Shown here piece by piece: positions 61,201-64,000 of a stretch of 64,000 nucleotides of DNA. A program made the translations under genes and the position numbers. Source of the stretch: Leucoraja ocellata (taxonomy: Eukaryota); contig JAWMAR010000160.1 of assembly GCA_036785375.1 (NCBI GenBank), forward strand, positions 2,418,001 to 2,482,000, read 5' to 3'. The stretch's first letter is position 1, and every line of letters begins with the position of its first letter. The notes beneath the pieces were generated by a model, which was not told where the DNA came from, searched no databases, and saw only the letters and a list, made by a program, of their open reading frames with translations.

Positions 61201-63265
61201 CAGCTCGGAGAAAGAATTTATCTTTTCAGCAACAGAGAGAAGTAATTGAATTTATTGCTGCCACATTTAGCACTCAAATTTGTCTGCAAGGAAAACTTCT
61301 GCTACTTTTAATTTGGACAGCAATGACATTAACTTTCAATGAAAATTATTAATTGGTTGAAAAAGTACATTGCGTCTGCTATTTTCAAAAACCTTGTTTA
61401 TTTAGTACCGACTTAACCTTTAAACCAGGAATTAAATGTTATTTGTTTATAAAGTTTTTAGATGCTAATTCCCATTAACTCTAATTCATATTTACATTCT
61501 ATTTTAGTCGAACCCGAAAGTGATTTTGTAAAGTGAGGTGAGTTATCTACATTGCAGAGATATTTGGTAAAGTGACACTGGGTGCTGCTTCATCCTAATT
61601 CCCACATCTCTGTTGCTCAAGATATTTTTTAAGTTGAGATTGGTATTACAATGGTCAGTTCTACTCGGCTTCCATTTCAGTACCATTACTGCCTCTTTGC
61701 TGTCTGGTTTCTCATAGCTGATCAATCTATAGATGTACCAAATTATTTTTACATTTAACACTGTTCAGGGGGATTCTGTCTTATACACTCTCTGACGGAT
61801 GTTTCACATCCTGAAATTCTGCACATTCTTTTTCCAATCCTTGAAACTCTGGCAAATGTTTGAAATCTGTGTTCTCATCTTAACTATCTTTGCTGCACTT
61901 TGCAACCATTACTTCCCCCATCTTGTTTCTCCCCTTTACATCCTCGAAAGCCTTCTCAAAAACAGCATCAACTGAGCTTTCCAATTCTGCTTCTGGCCTG
62001 CCATTTCCCCTTCCCTTGATCTCCTTTGTTGTCTTAAATCCTAAATTTAAAGTGCCTTTGGGCTCTTTGGATGTAAAGAAGCATGATTCATTGTCATCTC
62101 CTTTTAATAGGGATACATCATATCTCCTCAGATGTCCCATCCCTGATATCTGCATTATTAGTTGAACTCATTGGGAAAAAATTGCTAGTGTTGACCCTCA
62201 GTTAGGAAGAGAGGAACTTGGCCATGGCACCTCTATTGATAATTACTGTGAACTCTGCAGGAAACTGTGTATCTGGGACGTTTGATGAGAAAGAGATGGA
62301 TGTTGTTGTCATGTATCTCACCTTGGAATGGTCTGGGGCACTGATTGTCCAATTTAGTATCATGAGTGGTCACTAAAATGGTGCCATATCCTCATTAAAC
62401 CAGACCTTTGATAGGACCACCTCAGGCAATTGAGGAAATTCAGAGTGTTTCTGAGGATCCTCCAGTGCTTCTACTCAGCGGCTGTGGAAAGCATCCTGTC
62501 CGGAAATATCACGATTTGGTTTGGGAACTGCTCTGCCCAGGACAAGAAGGCTCTGCAGAGAGTAGTGCGTTCGGCCGAAAGCACTATGGGAACTTCACTC
62601 GCCCCTCTGCAGAATCTATACATCAGAAGGTGTAGCTCCAAAGCCAATAAGATCATGGGAGACCCCTTCCATCCCTGCAATGGACTGTTGCAGCTGCTAC
62701 GGTCAGGCAAATGCCTCCGTTGCCAAGCTGTGAGAACGGAGAGGTTGAGAAGGAGTTTCTTCCCAGAAGCCATTAGGACTGTAAACTCCTACCTCACCAG
62801 GGACTAACTTTACTGTAAAATTCTAGTTTTTTTTTTTTAATTGCTGTTTTTTCCCTTTTTCCTTCCTCCCACAATATGTAATATGTAAATGAATATGTGA
62901 TTCTGTTCCATTCAGTTTGTAGTTTGTTGTTTGTTTGTTTGTTTTTTGCACAAAGTCCGCGAGTATTGCCACTTATCATTTCACTGCACATCTCGTATGT
63001 GTATGTGATGAATAAACTTGACTTGACTTGGAAAGAAAAGGGGAAAAAATCGTTTCAAAAACATTTTATTCTGAATAAAAAATCTACAAAACAAAAATTG
63101 CAAAAAGTCTTTACGCAGTCTCATTGGGGAAAGGGTTAAAATTGGCCTAAACGATGAACTATTTCACTTTTTTTCCACTTAATTTTCAGGAATTTGGACC
63201 TTGTCAGGATGGAAAGAAAACACCATCCAGCAAGGACAGACAACATGGAAACTATCCACTTGTAA
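40164..63265 (+). CDS. Uncharacterised single-pass type I membrane protein, whole gene span; join(40164-40221,42790-42903,44165-44257,50657-50755,56300-56449,59515-59596,60872-60952,63190-63265), 250 aa
   Basis: Eight GT-AG exons splice to a 753-nt open frame: hydrophobic N-terminus, four symmetric phase-1 exons (114, 93, 99, 150 nt) of hydrophilic sequence, a transmembrane exon and two cytoplasmic exons ending METIHL*. Additional exons may have been missed. Confidence 0.75.
40295..41090. repeat. Pyrimidine-rich minisatellite (atatctctctataccaccctct)n in intron 1, with a Penelope-like fragment at 40921-41010
   Basis: Many degenerate ctctctataccaccc / tatatcaccc units. Confidence 0.95.
41427..41845 (-). 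mobile_element. Rex1/Babar LINE 3' end
   Basis: LPALEGIYNTWCLRKAISIHNDSSHPCNSLFELLPSGRRYKAFYARTS; (aat)n tail at 41427-41450. Confidence 0.85.
42190..42675 (-). mobile_element. Rex1/Babar LINE 3' end
   Basis: Reversed tail tttattgtcaagtgtactgaggtatag and ctgataacagctgggaagaaactg (SFFPAVIR on the - strand). Confidence 0.82.
42790..42903 (+). CDS. Membrane-protein gene exon 2 (VLVHLNEWRATPEEDNQRY...SSRLHG)
   Basis: gcttcatttcag| ... gag|gtgagg; 114 nt, phase 1-1, open. Confidence 0.8.
43021..43370. mobile_element. Tigger-like MITE left end (CAGTAAACCCTCG) with GC-rich interior; right TIR not found
   Basis: cagtaaaccctcgatttaacggacccc..gataacggatt matches the 30348 end. Confidence 0.65.
43375..43607 (+). 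mobile_element. Tx1-clade LINE extreme 3' end with poly(A)
   Basis: ttccgggaccgttgggc...gaatgtatcctcaataaggat matches the reverse complement of 34880-34930; A-run at ~43597-43607. Confidence 0.82.
44165..44257 (+). CDS. Membrane-protein gene exon 3 (DHSKKVLPFPKAKQQENSQSLIRGRRYYTVF)
   Basis: attatttcag| ... c|gtgagt; 93 nt, phase 1-1. Confidence 0.8.
44545..44817. mobile_element. Cluster of three Penelope-like termini (inverted pair plus tandem copy)
   Basis: - copy 44545-44620, + copy 44622-44716, further + copy 44717-44817. Confidence 0.85.
45746..45973. mobile_element. Palindromic MITE with 87-bp TIRs (PIF/Harbinger-like)
   Basis: 45746-45832 is almost the exact reverse complement of 45887-45973; termini atgcccctgtcccact; T/A-rich flanks. 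Confidence 0.9.
49830..50150 (+). mobile_element. GC-rich non-autonomous retroelement, internal fragment with sub-repeats
   Basis: cggagatgcaacttttt...gtggcctaacatcg shared with 20216-20262; repeated taacatcgtggag and gagctt.gatcgcccc. Confidence 0.75.
50657..50755 (+). CDS. Membrane-protein gene exon 4 (AKEDVVWNLDSDNRKKYIKKVPHYESFEEMSS)
   Basis: ttttatttcag| ... cag|gtgtgg; 99 nt, phase 1-1. Confidence 0.75.
52279..53176 (+). mobile_element. L2-clade LINE, 5'-truncated, young
   Basis: LGVIFDSTLSLEPHI...LIHAFISSRLDYCNSLL...LQLVQNAAARL...HITPV..QLHWLP...RSLRS...GDRAFSRAAPRLWNSLP; tail aataaaatg(tat)n; possible TTGGCT TSD at 52273 and 53177. Confidence 0.95.
53970..54146 (+). mobile_element. 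3' end of the GC-rich non-autonomous family
   Basis: tgccttccctcacagtg...ggatgttcatgttaaattc...actgcaccaattggtgcatatgacaataaa..(cttgga)n parallels 20740-20910. Confidence 0.75.
54967..55098 (+). mobile_element. Penelope-like terminal fragment
   Basis: ctgaagaaggttcttgacccgaaacgtaacc...gctgagttactccagc...aaaccagcatgtgcagttccttcctacac. Confidence 0.85.
55590..56060 (-). mobile_element. Degraded CR1 RT fragment
   Basis: - strand remnant MYFGRSNARGRYTV...SLKVTTQVDRMVKEEY.ML.FI. Confidence 0.75.
56300..56449 (+). CDS. Membrane-protein gene exon 5 (DLEDEKVRQANKHH...GQRRFRIIVL)
   Basis: ccttattttccag| ... a|gtaagt; 150 nt, phase 1-1. Confidence 0.8.
56840..58740 (+). mobile_element. Highly degraded CR1 ORF2 and 3' tail
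   Basis: EMTEKLNKYF, LKEA.MEIV.A..VI, KKGGR..K.GNY.PVGLT, FADNTKLGG remnants; CR1 3' text ttctcccagagggtggtgaatct. Confidence 0.75.
59515..59596 (+). CDS. Membrane-protein gene exon 6, transmembrane helix (IILGVLIGFSILLILAWFFVPRRVINK)
   Basis: Branch point cactaac, long polypyrimidine tract and ccag|; donor at|gtaagt; hydrophobic run followed by basic RR. Confidence 0.88.
60872..60952 (+). CDS. Membrane-protein gene exon 7, cytoplasmic (LQDISFIMERERVSVANEVKGFVSNT)
   Basis: tttctacatttag| ... ag|gtatat; 81 nt, phase 2-2, open; weaker splice sites. Confidence 0.6.
62428..63030 (+). mobile_element. Rex1/Babar LINE 3' end
   Basis: LRKFRV..ILQCFYSAAVESILSGNITIWFGNCSAQDKKALQRVVRSAE...HPCNGLLQLLRSGK...RRSFFPEAIRTVN; tail aataaa(cttga)n. 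Confidence 0.92.
63190..63265 (+). CDS. Membrane-protein gene exon 8, terminal (NLDLVRMERKHHPARTDNMETIHL*)
   Basis: Strong acceptor ttttttccacttaattttcag|; phase-2 frame ends at TAA 63263-63265. Confidence 0.65.
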
Positions 63266-63764
63266 AGTATATTTTGTTGGTGTGTAGCTATAAACAGGAA
63301 GTTCTTCATACTGATTGCTTTGTATTCACTCATTTTTGGACAAAATGTAGAAATCTGAGAACTAAAGTATGATTGAAATCACTCAATTATTTGCGAAGGA
63401 ATTTTGTGGCTAGACAACACTTTCACAAACTGTTAACGGACTAAGCAGATCCAGCAAAGCCTGAAACAGCACTGTATATGGAATGAGTGCAGGATCAAAG
63501 ATTAGGTGGGGACCAGCCCCTCATTGTGGTACTGAGTAACTGCCTGGAAATTTGGCTCAATTTCAGGAGAATTCTGCTACACTGAGATTTTGAAATGTAT
63601 GACCCCATTTACTTTTCCATCCATCATTGTTTGCAGCAGTGCTAGCACTGCTCAACATAAGGATCCAAATAATGAGGCCTTTTGTAACATACATAGGCGC
63701 TACACATTTTCTTTATTTGCTTATGGCGTGTAGATAACTCTGACAAACTAGTATATATTGTCCA

Positions 63765-63832
63765 TCCCTGGTGGCCATGAGAGGGCCAAAGGGCGTGTTT
63801 CCTCGTTATATCTCTAAACTAAAATAAACTAA
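63765..63832 (+). mobile_element. HE1 SINE/CR1-type tail fragment
   Basis: gggccaaagggcgtgtttcctcgttatatctctaaactaaaataaactaa. Confidence 0.6.
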
Positions 63833-64000
63833 GTCTGCGAGTGCTGATTAACTATTTCTAGAACTTTGTCTTTTTTAAATTAAAGTGCCATACAGCACCG
63901 AAACAGCGTGTTCTGCCCACTAAATCCATGGTTACCATCAAATATACATCTATACAAATCCATTTCCCCCACATTTCTATCAGTTCTTTACCAGATTCTG

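Overview
Eukaryotic, AT-rich, repeat-dense DNA. The repeat content (HE1/V-SINE-like SINEs, CR1, L2, Rex/Babar and Tx1 LINE fragments, Penelope-like ends) points to a cartilaginous fish, probably a skate or ray (inference). Most of the supplied ORF track is spurious. Reading splice sites by hand recovers two multi-exon + strand genes. (1) 21282-32807: a 7-exon, 219-aa SOUL/heme-binding-protein-2-like gene (soul5-type, probably secreted) whose ATG is split by intron 1. (2) 40164-63265: an 8-exon, ~250-aa single-pass type I membrane protein of no family I recognise, starting in a CpG-rich promoter and carrying a furin-like RGRR site. A probable non-coding first exon of a third gene lies on the - strand near 8553-8800. 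Notable non-genic structure: about 20 Penelope-like terminal fragments with a minimal hammerhead-like core, often in inverted pairs; non-autonomous GC-rich retroelements with Rex/Babar-type hairpin tails; Tigger-like MITEs with shared ends but unrelated interiors; and two long hairpins. Repeat boundaries are approximate and family names come from recall, not from a database search.
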